Positions 31,201 to 40,413 of a stretch of 64,000 nt of DNA are shown here, in pieces. The stretch lies in assembly GCA_017551515.1 (NCBI GenBank), contig JAFZLK010000109.1, positions 13,863 to 77,862 on the forward strand, given 5' to 3'. The DNA comes from Bacteroidales bacterium. Lineage in GTDB: Bacteria > Bacteroidota > Bacteroidia > Bacteroidales > ML635J-15. The first letter of the stretch is position 1, and each line of letters starts with the position of its first letter. The notes beneath the pieces are model-generated. The model ran no database searches. It was not told the DNA's origin and saw nothing but the letters and a program-made list of their open reading frames with translations. The position numbers and the translations under genes are program-made.

Positions 31201-34200
31201 GTAACTATATGATTCTCGGTGTCAATCTGCACATTGTCGGCACCATCGAATGCAAACGATACAATATCGTTTGCATCGGATAGGCGTACAACCGAAATAT
31301 TATCGACAGCAGCAGGTAATGTGGCATCATAATAGTAATTATACCATTCAAATACAACATAATAGTTACCGCTTTCCAACGAATTTACATTACCAGAGAA
31401 TCTTTCCCATGTGGACGATTCTGAATTAACGAAGCTTCCTAAATACCTCCATTCATCCGTGTAATGAAAGTCATCCCCCGTATTAAACGAAGAATTCTCG
31501 CCGAATGGAACAATATACACAAACATTCCAACTTCTATATAAGTTGAACCATGATAATTTTCTTGGAAACCATTGCAATGCCAGTCGAAAGAAAGATTAA
31601 TACCCCACGGAGAATCCATATTGAAAGCAAAATAAGCGAGTGAATAAGAATTACTACTTATATTGAAACCGTATGTACCCCCACCGTCGTTTGAAACATA
31701 CAACGACCTGTCTCCTTCATAGGAAACAGCAGAGCCATAGCTCCAGCCATTTGTTTCATTGCGTCTGTACCATCCTTGAATATAATCGGACTCAAAATCC
31801 TGATAGTAAGGCAAGGACTGAATGTCATTATCTGGTGTTTCAAAATAGAAATGTGTCCACGAACTATGTTCTGTATCGCTACAACCGGAAGAAATATAAA
31901 AGTGACACCCACCCAGCCCAGGTTCAAGTCCACTGAAACTAATATCAGTCGAAGTGTTAGTTATAAAATAAGACTCAGCATCAATTTCTGCATCTGTCAT
32001 TTCGGTCGGTGATGCATACAAATAGAAACTATCATAATTATATGGACTAAGCCACGACAAATATACTTCTGTTGACAAAACATCAGCAGATATTCCATAT
32101 ACAGGCTCGCAAGGCGGCAAAGTAGAAAAACTTGTTGCACTCGACCACGGACTTTGTTCCGATTCGGAGCAATAGGTGCGAACAAATACATTGTAGTTGC
32201 TATTTGGATAATTGGGATTTGCCTCTAGGTTTTCGGCTATATACGACATCGTAGAAACCAGTACTGGACTTTCGGTAGCCTCGTCGGGATTGTCAGCCGT
32301 AGTTACCAGCACCTGCCACTGCGAACCAGTAGCCGATGTCCACGAAATGTCAGCCGAATTACGAGTTATATTGTCCACACTAATATCGCCCTCGAATAGG
32401 CAGTACGAAATATATTCTACGCTTATATTATCAATTGCACCCGGAGGATCGTCACGCTCTCTGTTATTATCAGACCAGTAGAATACCAAATAATAGTCAC
32501 CAGGGGTCAATATATTATGATCCTTAGAGTTAGTATGCCAGTTCCATCCATCACTAACTGAATATTCAGACAAGAACTTAATATCCAATGCATTTATCCA
32601 TCCATTAGGTGATGCAGACGTATTATCCATTCCGTTTGAATTTCCTGCGTTTAACGATGGATTCAAGCCGACAGGAATAAGGAACGGCCTTACGCTATGA
32701 TGATAGTGCCATCCCACACATTTCCAGTCCAACTTAACCCTAACAACTCCTTGCTGATCGAACCTCAGACGACAATATGCATACGAATAATCGGTTGTAC
32801 TCGTCCAACAATATGAATTACGAACACCTCCGTCCATTGATACATACATCGACCAATCACTATTGTTTCCTGTTCCTGTACCCAAATACCATCCGACTGT
32901 ATTGTTACTTGTAACCCAGTTCTCAACCACTGCATCCTCGAAATCCTCGAAGTATGGCAAAGGCAAGGCTTCTGTTGCCGGCGTTGTAAATGTTGTGTGC
33001 ACCCAATCGCTTATTTCATTGTCGCCACAATCTACTGTAACATAAATGTGATATGTCTGTCCCGGTGTTAACGAAGTGGCCGTATATGTTGTTCCGCTTT
33101 TCTCCACATACTCGGCAGAAGCAAGATCTACATCTGTAAGCTCTGTTTCTGATTTTACTATACGGTAATTGGTAACATCATACGGGTGCCTCCAAGAAAG
33201 ATCTGCGGAATTGGGCTTTACAAAAGCCTTTAGCTCGTATATTGGCTCGCATGGCGGCAATGTACTGAAATATAATACATCATCAGACCACATGCTTTGC
33301 TCCGATTCTGAACAATATGTACGAACATACACCTGGTAGGAAGTCTGCATATCTAGGCCACCAATTGTAGGAGTCTTGCTATTTACCAACACGGGAGCTT
33401 CTGTTGCTTCTTCGAGGCTTTCCGCCGTTGTTACCAAAACCTCCCACTGCGTTGCATCGCCTTCATAGTCAAACGATAGGGTTACCGAATTTTTCCCGAC
33501 TACCGCTACTTCCAAATTATCAGGATATACGCAAGTAGAAACAATATCAACGCTTATATTGTCGATTGCTGCTGGCGGATTATGCCCCCAACTAGACGTA
33601 TTCTTCCAAACTAGCACCAAATAATATTCGCCTGATTCCCGAAGTGCAAAATCGTATGAAGACTCCTGCCACGATTCAGAAAAATATAAGCCTTCCGGGG
33701 CGACATTAAGCCATCCTTCTGGAAAATCATAATATGAAAAATTAACTACTCCAGCCGACAGGTTCGGATTTAATGCAACAGGAATCATAAATACATAAGG
33801 TCTATCGCTACTGGTTCCACCGTTATTTCTCCAATCGAACGACACATTAGCCACAATAGGCTGGTCAACACGCAAACGACAATATGCATAAGAATACGAT
33901 GTAGTCCCAACTGTATATGTATTTGTCTCACCATAATCAGACGAAATATACAATGATTTTTCCCCCGTACTTGCGATTGCATTACCATCATACCAGCCGT
34001 TTAAATCATTGTTAAGATGCCAGTTTTGCAATAAATCCGCCTCGAAATCCTGATAATATGGCAAAGGCATGGACTCATCGGCCACCGTTGTAAATTGGAA
34101 GTGCTCCCAATCGCCATACACATCGTTGCAATCGGCACTTACATAAAAGTGATAGGTCTGGTTGGGCGTAAGACTATCTGCATAATACGACTTTATTGCA

Positions 34201-37200
34201 TTACCGATGACTGTATTATATTCTTCTGAACTCAAAGCATCAAGTTGACTTTCTGTCATTGTCGTAGGAGAAACATACACATGGAAGATATTTGCATATG
34301 GATGGTCCCAAATAATTCTAGCCGAAGTTGCAGAAAGAACACTCAAATGAATATTGGTTGAGCTTACGCATAGCGGCCAAGTCGTGAAAAGCTCTCCATC
34401 CGTCCACGGACTTTGATGTTCTGCCGAGCAAACGGCGCTCACATACACATAATATTGTGTGTTCTCTTCAAGTCCGCTCACCATTGCCGAAGGCGTATTC
34501 ACCCTGATTGGTGATTCGGTAGCCAAATCCGGATCGCTCGATGTGCTTACTAGCACATCCCACTGCGAAGCCCCATCGACATCTTCCCACGAAAATTCAA
34601 CCGAGTTTCTGTCATAACTATCCACAACAACATTCTCCACCGGCAAGCAATACGGCAAGGTCTCAAACTCCGCTTCATTCCATAACCCCACATTCGTTGC
34701 AGAATAGTATCCGCGAAGATATACATGATAATCCGTTTCAGGAATAAGATTAGTAACCGTATATGATGTATTATCGGCAACCACTATCGGAGTTTCGGTC
34801 GCTTCATCGGGGTCGCTGGCTGTAGTTACCAACAACTGCCACTGCGAAACATACTCGCCATCCGGCCACGAAAATGTAGCAGATGTCTTGCTAATATCCG
34901 AAACGCTTATATCTCCGCTATACAAGCATGACAATGGTGAAACAACATGCAGATTGTCGATTGCAGCAGGCGGTTGCGAACCATATCCGCCATCATTTTT
35001 CCAATAGAATGCCAGGTAATATTTTTCTTCTGTCAGTATAAACTGCTCAGACACAGTTGACCAGCTATTATTATTACACAAAGTACCATTAACATTTATC
35101 CAACCGCTTGGAGTATAGCTATTGTACATAACCTCGTTAGTGAATGAGGGTTTTAACGAAACCGGAACAAGGAAAACACGGAGATAATCATAATAACTAC
35201 CCCAACTTGAGAAATCACCAACACATTTCCAGTCGAAAGTAATATTTACTATGCTTGGAGTTCCGATATTCAGGCTACAAAATGCAAAAGATTCGGATAC
35301 AGAATCAGTATTGTAATGATTGTCACCTCCATTATTATCGGAAATATACAACGAATAAGAACCTCCGCTTGAAGTTCCTTGTCCGACATACCACTTGTTG
35401 ACACCGCCCTTCACAATCCAATTTTCTATAGTTCCGGACTCAAAGTTCTCATTATATGGCAAGCCCTTCGGCTCCAACGGAAGATAGAATGCCTCGCTTG
35501 CCCAATCGCTATATCCGATTTGCCCACAATTTGAACGGACATACACATAGTAGTCGGTCAGAATCGGGAGATTGGAAACTGTATAACTGGTATTGTTTAG
35601 AGTCACAACATTGGCTGTTTCCAAATCGCTATCGCTCATTTCAACATCCGAAATATACAACTGGTATGATGTCGATAATGTACCACCCGTCCAAGTTATT
35701 GTTGCTTGTGTCGAAGTTGTAGTAACGGTCAAATCCACAACCTTGCAATCTGGAGTGGTAAATTCTACTGCGCTACTCCATTCGCCCATATTGTATTCTG
35801 AACAAATTGCACGTATGTAAGCATAATAGTGAGTATTAGGAATAAGGCCAGTTACAGTTTGCGTTTCGGAAGTCATCACCACTGGCGACTCTGTTGCTGT
35901 TTCGGGATCGGAGGATGTAGAGATAAGTATTCCGTAACTACCCTCATTACCCGAAGTGCGTGTAATTTCTACCGAAGAACTACCCAGCACATTTGCATTA
36001 AACGAAGCTGTAACCGAACAAGGTTCTTCAACTACTATGTCATCAACAGCAGCTGGTGGCGCATATCCACCGGAACTATCATTACGCCAATAGAATACGA
36101 GCTTGTATTCTCCAGCATCCAACGCGACAGTCCTTGAAACAACCTGCCAATCTGATTTATTGTTAAGTTGGACACCACCATCAAGGGCTATCCAACCACT
36201 TGGAGTATTAGAGACTGTAATACCATTTGTATATCCAGCATTAAATGTAACTGATGCTGGCACCAAAAATGCACGCAAATAATCATAACCTATTTCGCCA
36301 CGTCCTTTCCACTTGAACGAAACAATATAATTACCTGCACTTGAAATTTCTAAAGATCGCCAAACATATACAGAAGATGCCGAAGATGACATCGTATAGC
36401 TATTTGAAGAATTATTATTAGTAATATACAGTGAATTTGACGGACTGCTACTGGTTGAATTGCCAATCATCCACTGGTTTGTCTGTGTTCCATTCACCAT
36501 AGTCCACTTTGCATTTTCCGTATCCGTTTCAAAATCACAAGCATAAGGAATAGTGGCAGGTGGTTCTCTAGGAATAAACTCAACAGCACTGCTCCACTCC
36601 CCTACAATATCCTCCGAACAAAAAGCTCTTATATATGCATAATATTGCGTGTTAGGCGTCAAATTTGTTATGGTTTGCGTCGCAGATGTCATAGTCACAG
36701 GTGATTCGGTTGCCGCTTCGGGACTTTCGGATCTAGAAACCAGAATCTCGTACTTAACACCAGATCCAGACAAACGTGTAATTCTCACGGATGACATTCC
36801 TAACACATTAACACTTAACGAAGCCGTGGCCTCGCAAGGTTCCGACACGCGTACATCATCTACTGCTGCTGGTGGCGGTGTTCCATACGAATTATCATTT
36901 CGCCAGTAAAATACAAGATTGTATTCTCCTGCTTCCGATACAGTTACCATATTAGAAATTTCCGACCAGTTTGAGTTTTGGTTTAATTGATTACTGCCAT
37001 CCACTGCTATCCATCCTGCTGGTACATTGTTTACATCTATGTCGTAAGCATTGCCAGACGTTAGAGTCATAGATGCAGGCACAAGAAAAGCACGCATATA
37101 GTCGTAGCCACTCTCGCCAAGTCCCTTCCACTTGAACGAAACTACATAGTCGCCAGCAAGTGGAAAATAAATATGCCTATATGCATAAACATCGGACCAA

Positions 37201-38078
37201 TTATCATCAATAGTGTAAGCATTCGATAAATCATCGTTAGTTATATACAACGAATTTGACCCGCTACTGCTAGTAGCATTTCCAATCATCCAATAATTTG
37301 TTTGAGAGTCATTTACAAGTATCCAGTTACTATTTTCGTCACTATTTTCAAAATCGCAGACATATGAAACCAATGGTCCTCTAAACGAATAATATCTACC
37401 TGCACCAGGATGAACATAATATGTTTCGTTGTTATAAGTTGTTGAATATAATGCCGTATGTTCACTCGGATTTACATACCAGAATTTATCGGCAGACGCA
37501 TTTCCTATACCAATTTGGTAGTCAACTGGGGCCGACGTATTACCACTTCCATACACAATTGTTACCTCGTTGGATCCTTGACACAACTGAAACTGGAACT
37601 TTATGTAGTCCGTTCCTGAAGTATTTGAACTGGTATTCAAAAGGCACTCTATTACTCTAATAGTTTGAGAACCATCATTATACAAACCAGTCTTCACATA
37701 ACCCGCAGCGCCAGTGCTACAATCACGACCCACAGCAACAATTACTGGCGCATTATCTGTATAATACGACGAAATAAATGGTTTATGATAATCTGTTGAA
37801 ATAATATTACCGCCCAATCTCATTCGACCGTTTGAGCTTACTGAGAACTGAGTATATTCAACTCCGTCATACACAAAAGTAAAACCGATATCTGTAACTG
37901 CCGAAGACCTATCATCATTCCCCGATGAAATCAGTTCTGCAAATGATGATGGAGAAAGAAGAGAACCGTCATCTCCCGTTGCAAACCAATAATCTTCAAG
38001 TCCCTGCGCATGAATATTTGTAGCACAAACCAAGAATGTCATCAACATAGGAACAGCAAATCGTATTATATTTCTCAT
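25233..38078 (-). CDS. Giant (~4281 aa) T9SS type A cargo protein: alternating choice-of-anchor-J/MAM-like and FN3-like modules, then a ~10-copy InlB-B/Listeria-Bacteroides-type repeat array and a CTD
   Basis: I place the start at the ATG at 38078 ('MRNIIRFAVPMLMTFLVCATNIHAQ', a good signal peptide) rather than the ORF-track start at 38198. At least six modules run from 'CDFE...W...N.....W..G.......SLYI.N' to '...PPAA(V/I)D(D/N)..V', and three more divergent ones are present. FN3-like modules include 'S...ITR.SG....YEILVS.S..PE.ATESPV.MTS..QT.T.L.PNT.YYAYIRA.CS'. The B-repeat array follows 'Y.I......G.I.P.G...V..G......I.P..GY.....VDG...'. The C-terminus 'SLYPNPNDGRFMVDF...GVYFARFVSGDKVQVERFVVK' is a type A CTD. 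Confidence 0.9.
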   Translation of the reverse strand: MRNIIRFAVPMLMTFLVCATNIHAQGLEDYWFATGDDGSLLSPSSFAELISSGNDDRSSAVTDIGFTFVYDGVEYTQFSVSSNGRMRLGGNIISTDYHKPFISSYYTDNAPVIVAVGRDCSTGAAGYVKTGLYNDGSQTIRVIECLLNTSSNTSGTDYIKFQFQLCQGSNEVTIVYGSGNTSAPVDYQIGIGNASADKFWYVNPSEHTALYSTTYNNETYYVHPGAGRYYSFRGPLVSYVCDFENSDENSNWILVNDSQTNYWMIGNATSSSGSNSLYITNDDLSNAYTIDDNWSDVYAYRHIYFPLAGDYVVSFKWKGLGESGYDYMRAFLVPASMTLTSGNAYDIDVNNVPAGWIAVDGSNQLNQNSNWSEISNMVTVSEAGEYNLVFYWRNDNSYGTPPPAAVDDVRVSEPCEATASLSVNVLGMSSVRITRLSGSGVKYEILVSRSESPEAATESPVTMTSATQTITNLTPNTQYYAYIRAFCSEDIVGEWSSAVEFIPREPPATIPYACDFETDTENAKWTMVNGTQTNQWMIGNSTSSSPSNSLYITNNNSSNSYTMSSSASSVYVWRSLEISSAGNYIVSFKWKGRGEIGYDYLRAFLVPASVTFNAGYTNGITVSNTPSGWIALDGGVQLNNKSDWQVVSRTVALDAGEYKLVFYWRNDSSGGYAPPAAVDDIVVEEPCSVTASFNANVLGSSSVEITRTSGNEGSYGILISTSSDPETATESPVVMTSETQTVTGLIPNTHYYAYIRAICSEYNMGEWSSAVEFTTPDCKVVDLTVTTTSTQATITWTGGTLSTSYQLYISDVEMSDSDLETANVVTLNNTSYTVSNLPILTDYYVYVRSNCGQIGYSDWASEAFYLPLEPKGLPYNENFESGTIENWIVKGGVNKWYVGQGTSSGGSYSLYISDNNGGDNHYNTDSVSESFAFCSLNIGTPSIVNITFDWKCVGDFSSWGSYYDYLRVFLVPVSLKPSFTNEVMYNSYTPSGWINVNGTLCNNNSWSTVSEQFILTEEKYYLAFYWKNDGGYGSQPPAAIDNLHVVSPLSCLYSGDISVSDISKTSATFSWPDGEYVSQWQLLVTTASDPDEATETPIVVADNTSYTVTNLIPETDYHVYLRGYYSATNVGLWNEAEFETLPYCLPVENVVVDSYDRNSVEFSWEDVDGASQWDVLVSTSSDPDLATESPIRVNTPSAMVSGLEENTQYYVYVSAVCSAEHQSPWTDGELFTTWPLCVSSTNIHLSVLSATSARIIWDHPYANIFHVYVSPTTMTESQLDALSSEEYNTVIGNAIKSYYADSLTPNQTYHFYVSADCNDVYGDWEHFQFTTVADESMPLPYYQDFEADLLQNWHLNNDLNGWYDGNAIASTGEKSLYISSDYGETNTYTVGTTSYSYAYCRLRVDQPIVANVSFDWRNNGGTSSDRPYVFMIPVALNPNLSAGVVNFSYYDFPEGWLNVAPEGLYFSESWQESSYDFALRESGEYYLVLVWKNTSSWGHNPPAAIDNISVDIVSTCVYPDNLEVAVVGKNSVTLSFDYEGDATQWEVLVTTAESLEEATEAPVLVNSKTPTIGGLDMQTSYQVYVRTYCSESEQSMWSDDVLYFSTLPPCEPIYELKAFVKPNSADLSWRHPYDVTNYRIVKSETELTDVDLASAEYVEKSGTTYTATSLTPGQTYHIYVTVDCGDNEISDWVHTTFTTPATEALPLPYFEDFEDAVVENWVTSNNTVGWYLGTGTGNNSDWSMYVSMDGGVRNSYCWTSTTDYSYAYCRLRFDQQGVVRVKLDWKCVGWHYHHSVRPFLIPVGLNPSLNAGNSNGMDNTSASPNGWINALDIKFLSEYSVSDGWNWHTNSKDHNILTPGDYYLVFYWSDNNRERDDPPGAIDNISVEYISYCLFEGDISVDNITRNSADISWTSATGSQWQVLVTTADNPDEATESPVLVSTMSYIAENLEANPNYPNSNYNVFVRTYCSESEQSPWSSATSFSTLPPCEPVYGISADVLSTEVYLSWLSPYNYDSFYLYASPTEMTDAEIDAESYFITNTSTDISFSGLEPGLGGCHFYISSGCSDTEHSSWTHFYFETPDNDIQSLPYYQDFESDYIQGWYRRNETNGWSYGSAVSYEGDRSLYVSNDGGGTYGFNISSNSYSLAYFAFNMDSPWGINLSFDWHCNGFQENYHGSTYIEVGMFVYIVPFGENSSFNTGDDFHYTDEWRYLGSFVNSESSTWERFSGNVNSLESGNYYVVFEWYNYYYDATLPAAVDNISVVRLSDANDIVSFAFDGADNVQIDTENHIVTCDVPYSWNLRGVTPQIVVSDLATISPESGAAVNLSYPFVYTVTAESGLVQEWTIMVSRREAVADDEIISFWTEGLFDVTIDSENATVNAILSRMYDITSIVPTIEISPLASIDQVEGRAYDFSRPRVFVVTAENGVDTKSWTINVSYMDSPLGADCSNPYVVDAENDLPYFNSATTEGLYNMINTYYSDRPEFEFELSGNDAVYRVDLQARKLLVLTAHSYSGDFSVLVMNSCGALYSYRIDSKTNESNISFTVDCAAGSSYIIVDTDGVDVSYEIQIDALPHCFVVNDLDVIRLQTELDVAWSSDNVGDSCTLKYGTPGFDVETEGVEINLADTHYEITGLTESTPYDIYVRANCVGSNGNSEWTLLSTSTIAGCQYPEDLTASDVYEDEATLSWQGFNMSQWEVGYKKESDANYTTFTVDESTVTLTGLQLSTTYNVRVRTLCDDENSAYAEIDFTTPCVIIRNFPYTEDFNSETFPPVCWSQERTAVGSGIGINYVNGAWMRATATVDDNSTPKAMLADTKAESVHNLSSTGIKFVENINGYTISLDVYRSTFSSSATDEGVEVWVNTYPDIENGNPQKLGYVSKNYLVSDSDNVSGESSPGWYTYTFNTRGSVGFNYVILVGKSNNAGGVYVDNLTIDKAVDCIAPRNLVVESVGEDNIVLTWTDINAITGTWTVRYSLNGGEVVEATIDEPRLTIGGLQSSTSYSISAEIQGVCAVGMESDWYIATVETTTECQPLDMPYTQDFDVASGELPDCWRTEGDGRDDWSVSNGEAHLVSGNSQVEAHLLSPRFNLTSDARYLLEFDVLQSSQNINRPDTLYVLFVNDGIDTLRSIVIQNASSSGMIRMSINVPQYEGEARFDFVLSGYRECSIDNLLFRQKSAEAEILTFEVPEQTTESVIDSENATISVYVASMSNYMYLTPTFTISENATIDVESGEWRDFSEPVEYIVTAEDGVTSKTWTVTVGIDENYCPNPSADDMYIYAYNDSIVMYIRQVQNETSYNFKISSQPIDPEIETADLFEGIIESDSIGYGWRRSLIEGLDAYTYYYIYVQSNCGANGWTEKTVCGVFTLPYEQDFSDLGCWEIYDYNYDDRTWSVANGEAMYTFSRTNQAYDYLSSPWLRILQNTKLEFKYKAGNFSYPETFLVLVSNGSDIVQLDSLTVNNETYQTYGPVDLSDFAGQNVEIAIVCRSEANRYRLYIDDFKVVVSDYVINVSSVGNGSISPDGIVEVAPGESAEFAIVPDEYNDLLSLTLDGEDVSDEIVDGIYTLADVNAEHTLIATFTERYTFTASAGEGGHIVTDGVTVAERGDTVSFVVIPNVGYRPGDVIVDGVAVQLEQGSYIYTFENVDANHTIHATFDSIIYHTVFVEVGENGVVSPNGSVVIEEGENLTISVMPEEGYIVHEFVVDGENIVEELIANGYNYTFENIIDDHTVYVSFVENVYYTIVVSYGEHGIITPNGDVSVANGYNQTFHIVADAGCHIESVTVDGEEVPSAVAEGVYTFENVTSEHTIHAEFAVNTYTIVTYAQGGTITPSGSITVNHGDTLTFTLEPNEEYELLNFMVDNESQEVEGNTYTLDSISADHTIVVIFTPMDITRHEIIANAGEHGSIMPSGRVRVIDGESQEFQIIPDEHYHISSLFVDGEAVDVADSYLFQDVTADHTISAGFEVNKRIVTIVAGEHGSVTPSGEQEVDEGSDITLTFDPSAGYMVSEVLVDDVSVEFSGDSYTLQNVLEDHVVMVNFDLLPMWTVTAVSGANGTISPSGTQYVLDGDDIEFTFIPNDGYMLDVVVVDGYEFAPESSTYRFENVTENHYIYISFRPLVYFITATAGPHGELSPSGIVEVAPGATQVFTFDPYIGYEIDSVFVDGEYVETDGNTYEFVDVNTNHTFHVTFVHLQITDVDEISMTASLYPNPNDGRFMVDFAGIRGNVVYQLVDAAGAIVDVRDIYVDEGMSMEFHHDLRPGVYFARFVSGDKVQVERFVVK

Positions 38079-38403
38079 ATTAAATAATTTATTCGTTTCA
38101 AACATTAAATTTCTCGTGAGGCAAGCATCTAAAAAGAAAACAATACCTCTAATAAATATAAAACGCGCAAACATACAAATTAGAATTCGATTTGACAAGA
38201 AAAAATAAAGAAATATACCTTATAAAAAACAAAAGAAATTCGAATGGATAATGAATAATTGACAATTTTTATGCGAACCAAAGGCAAAGCGAAACAAACT
38301 GAGGACTTTAGCTTTGCTGAGGTGATGCCCAAAATCATGTACAGAAAGGACATAATTAACAATTTTTAGCCTTGCAATGCATTGTGAGAACATATATTAT
38401 TTC

Positions 38404-38451
38404 AAACGGCGAAGCCATTGAAAAAGCGTCAGCGAGAAACGGGCGTAGCCC
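38404..38451 (-). repeat. Three units of the mini-palindrome+GTTTCT intergenic repeat family in reverse orientation
   Basis: The reverse complement reads 'GGGCTACGCCCGTTTCT CGCTGACGCTTTTTCA ATGGCTTCGCCGTTT'. The same words occur in the arrays at 47790-47960 and 54439-54539. Confidence 0.8.
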
Positions 38452-38510
38452 TTCAAACGACATCAACATCCTCATACCCTCCAAATCCGAAATTTCGTCC
38501 CAAATGCACA

Positions 38511-38567
38511 AAAACTTTTCGCCCCTCACAGAAAACTTCGCCCCTCATTTTAAAATTTCACCCCTAA
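38511..38567 (+). repeat. Three direct repeats (~16-17 nt, period 19-21 bp) upstream of the acyl-CoA ligase gene
   Basis: The three units are 'AAAACTTTTCGCCCCTCA', 'AAAACTTCGCCCCTCA' and 'AAAATTTCACCCCTAA'. Core copies lie at 38518-38528, 38537-38547 and 38557-38567. Confidence 0.8.
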
Positions 38568-38679
38568 AAATCGACTTTTACAACTGAAACACAACGCAAT
38601 GCCACATTTATTTTAACGGCACTTTTAAAGTGTATTCCTTTGCAGCGCAAAATTCAAAAACAATTTAAACAAAGAAAAA

Positions 38680-40299
38680 ATGATAAAGGAATTATTTGTT
38701 GATTATTACAAGAACGCAATTGTAAACAACTGGAATCTCCCTGCATTGCAGGACTACGACAACAAAGAATCAGTAATCACTTTCGGAAAATTAGGCAACA
38801 ATATATTAAGGTTGCACAAATTGTTCAAGGACTGTGGCATTAAGGAAAACGACAAAATTGTTCTCGTCGGCAAAAACTCAGTAAACTGGGGATGCGTTTA
38901 CCTCGCAGCAACAACCTACGGTGCAGTTATCGTCCCATTGCTTCAGGACTTTACACCTAAAGATATATACGCACTGACCAACCACTCGGATGCACGCTTG
39001 GCATTCGTTTCGGAATACATCTTAAACAAGATGGATGTCAGCAACTTCACAATCGTTGAAGAAATCTTCAAGCTAGACAACTTCGATTCTTACTACACTC
39101 GTAACGGCGAACAACACACCTACGATCGTAATATGCAAGAAGTTACCGCCAAGGATTTCACATTGCCAAACCTTCCAAACGACAAGTTAGGCGTAATCCT
39201 CTATACATCAGGAACATCGGGCAGTCCTAAGGGCGTAATGCTAACACTCAACGCACTTGCTGCTAACATAAAGTTCGCACGCGAGAACATGTTCCTCGTA
39301 AGTGGAGACAAGCTGGTTTCATTCCTACCGCTCGCACACTGCTACGGCTGTGCATTCGACTTCCTCTACCCGCTCACCGAAGGATGCCACATCATCTTCC
39401 TAGGTAAATTGCCGTCACCGCAGGTAATCCTCAAAGCATTCGGAGAATACAAGCCAAGACTTATCCTTTCGGTTCCGCTGATTCTCGAAAAAATCTACAA
39501 GGGTAAGATTAAGCCGACACTCGAAAAACCGGCAGTAAAGTTCATGACAAAAGTTCCTGGACTTCGCAGCCTCATCTACAGCAAGATACGTAAGACTTTG
39601 GAAGATGCATTCGGAGGCAACTTCATAGAGCTCATCCTTGGTGGTGCAAAGGTAAACCGCGAGGTAGAGACTTTCCTCAAGAAGATAGGCTTCCGCTTCA
39701 CTGTTGGTTACGGCATGACCGAATGCGGACCGCTTGTAGCTTACAGCGGTTGGAAGACCAATCCGATATTCGCCGCCGGCAAGCTGGTTGATTGTCTCGA
39801 AGCAAAGGTTGAATCAAGCGCTCCTGGCAAGATTGGCGAAATCCTTCTACGTGGCGAAAACATAATGTCGGGCTACTATAAGAATCCTGAAGAAACAGCA
39901 AGAGCACTCGACAGCGATGGCTGGCTCCACACAGGTGACCTTGGTCTTATCGACAAGGACGGCTTCATTTCGCTCAAGGGCCGCAGTAAGACCATGATTC
40001 TCACCAGCTCAGGACAAAATGTATATCCAGAAGAAATTGAATCAAGATTATGCAACTTCCCGTTAGTATCGGAATGCGTAGTTGTAAGCCGTGCTGCTAA
40101 GATAGTTTCGATAATCTACCCGAACCCCGACCTCACAAAGGGAATGTCGCCAGAGCAAATCGAAACCGAACTTGCTGAATACCAAAAACAAATAAATTCC
40201 GAAATGCCTGCCTATATGCAAATCAACAGAATACAGGTTCGCGACCAGGAATTTGAAAAAACGCCTAAAAAGAGTATCAAGAGATACCTATACGAATAA
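38680..40299 (+). CDS. AMP-dependent synthetase/ligase (long-chain fatty acid-CoA ligase-like)
   Basis: The AMP-binding motif 'YTSGTSGSPKGVML' is present, along with 'GYGMTE' and 'GWLHTGDLG'. The protein is 539 aa. Confidence 0.9.
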   Translation: MIKELFVDYYKNAIVNNWNLPALQDYDNKESVITFGKLGNNILRLHKLFKDCGIKENDKIVLVGKNSVNWGCVYLAATTYGAVIVPLLQDFTPKDIYALTNHSDARLAFVSEYILNKMDVSNFTIVEEIFKLDNFDSYYTRNGEQHTYDRNMQEVTAKDFTLPNLPNDKLGVILYTSGTSGSPKGVMLTLNALAANIKFARENMFLVSGDKLVSFLPLAHCYGCAFDFLYPLTEGCHIIFLGKLPSPQVILKAFGEYKPRLILSVPLILEKIYKGKIKPTLEKPAVKFMTKVPGLRSLIYSKIRKTLEDAFGGNFIELILGGAKVNREVETFLKKIGFRFTVGYGMTECGPLVAYSGWKTNPIFAAGKLVDCLEAKVESSAPGKIGEILLRGENIMSGYYKNPEETARALDSDGWLHTGDLGLIDKDGFISLKGRSKTMILTSSGQNVYPEEIESRLCNFPLVSECVVVSRAAKIVSIIYPNPDLTKGMSPEQIETELAEYQKQINSEMPAYMQINRIQVRDQEFEKTPKKSIKRYLYE

Positions 40300-40325
40300 T
40301 AACACACAACAAAAACTCCTAATGT

Positions 40326-40358
40326 AAAGCGCAGGCCTCCCAAGTCTGCGCTTTTTTT
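40326..40358 (+). terminator. Intrinsic terminator after the acyl-CoA ligase gene
   Basis: 'AAAGCGCAG-gcctcccaagt-CTGCGCTTT' forms a 9-bp stem followed by TTTTTTT. Confidence 0.75.
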
Positions 40359-40413
40359 GTGCAGATGTTGAAAACTAAAAATCAAACTAATCGTGACAAA
40401 CAAAAGAAGTTTA

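Noticed and set aside
25469-37660. Nested and antisense ORFs (up to 195 aa) inside the 4281-aa gene
   Set aside because: For the same reason: they are shadow ORFs of a long repetitive coding region with no recognisable motifs.
38079-38198. A 40-codon N-terminal extension of the giant gene, as given in the ORF track (start at 38198)
   Set aside because: The extension ('MSNRILICMFARFIFIRG...') has no signal-peptide logic. The internal ATG at 38078 yields a canonical signal peptide ending 'NIHAQ'.
38372-38587. 71-aa ORF in the divergent spacer upstream of the acyl-CoA ligase gene
   Set aside because: It reads straight through the reverse-oriented 17-mer repeat units and the triple direct repeat. 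It has a TTG start and no recognisable motif, so it is most likely non-coding.
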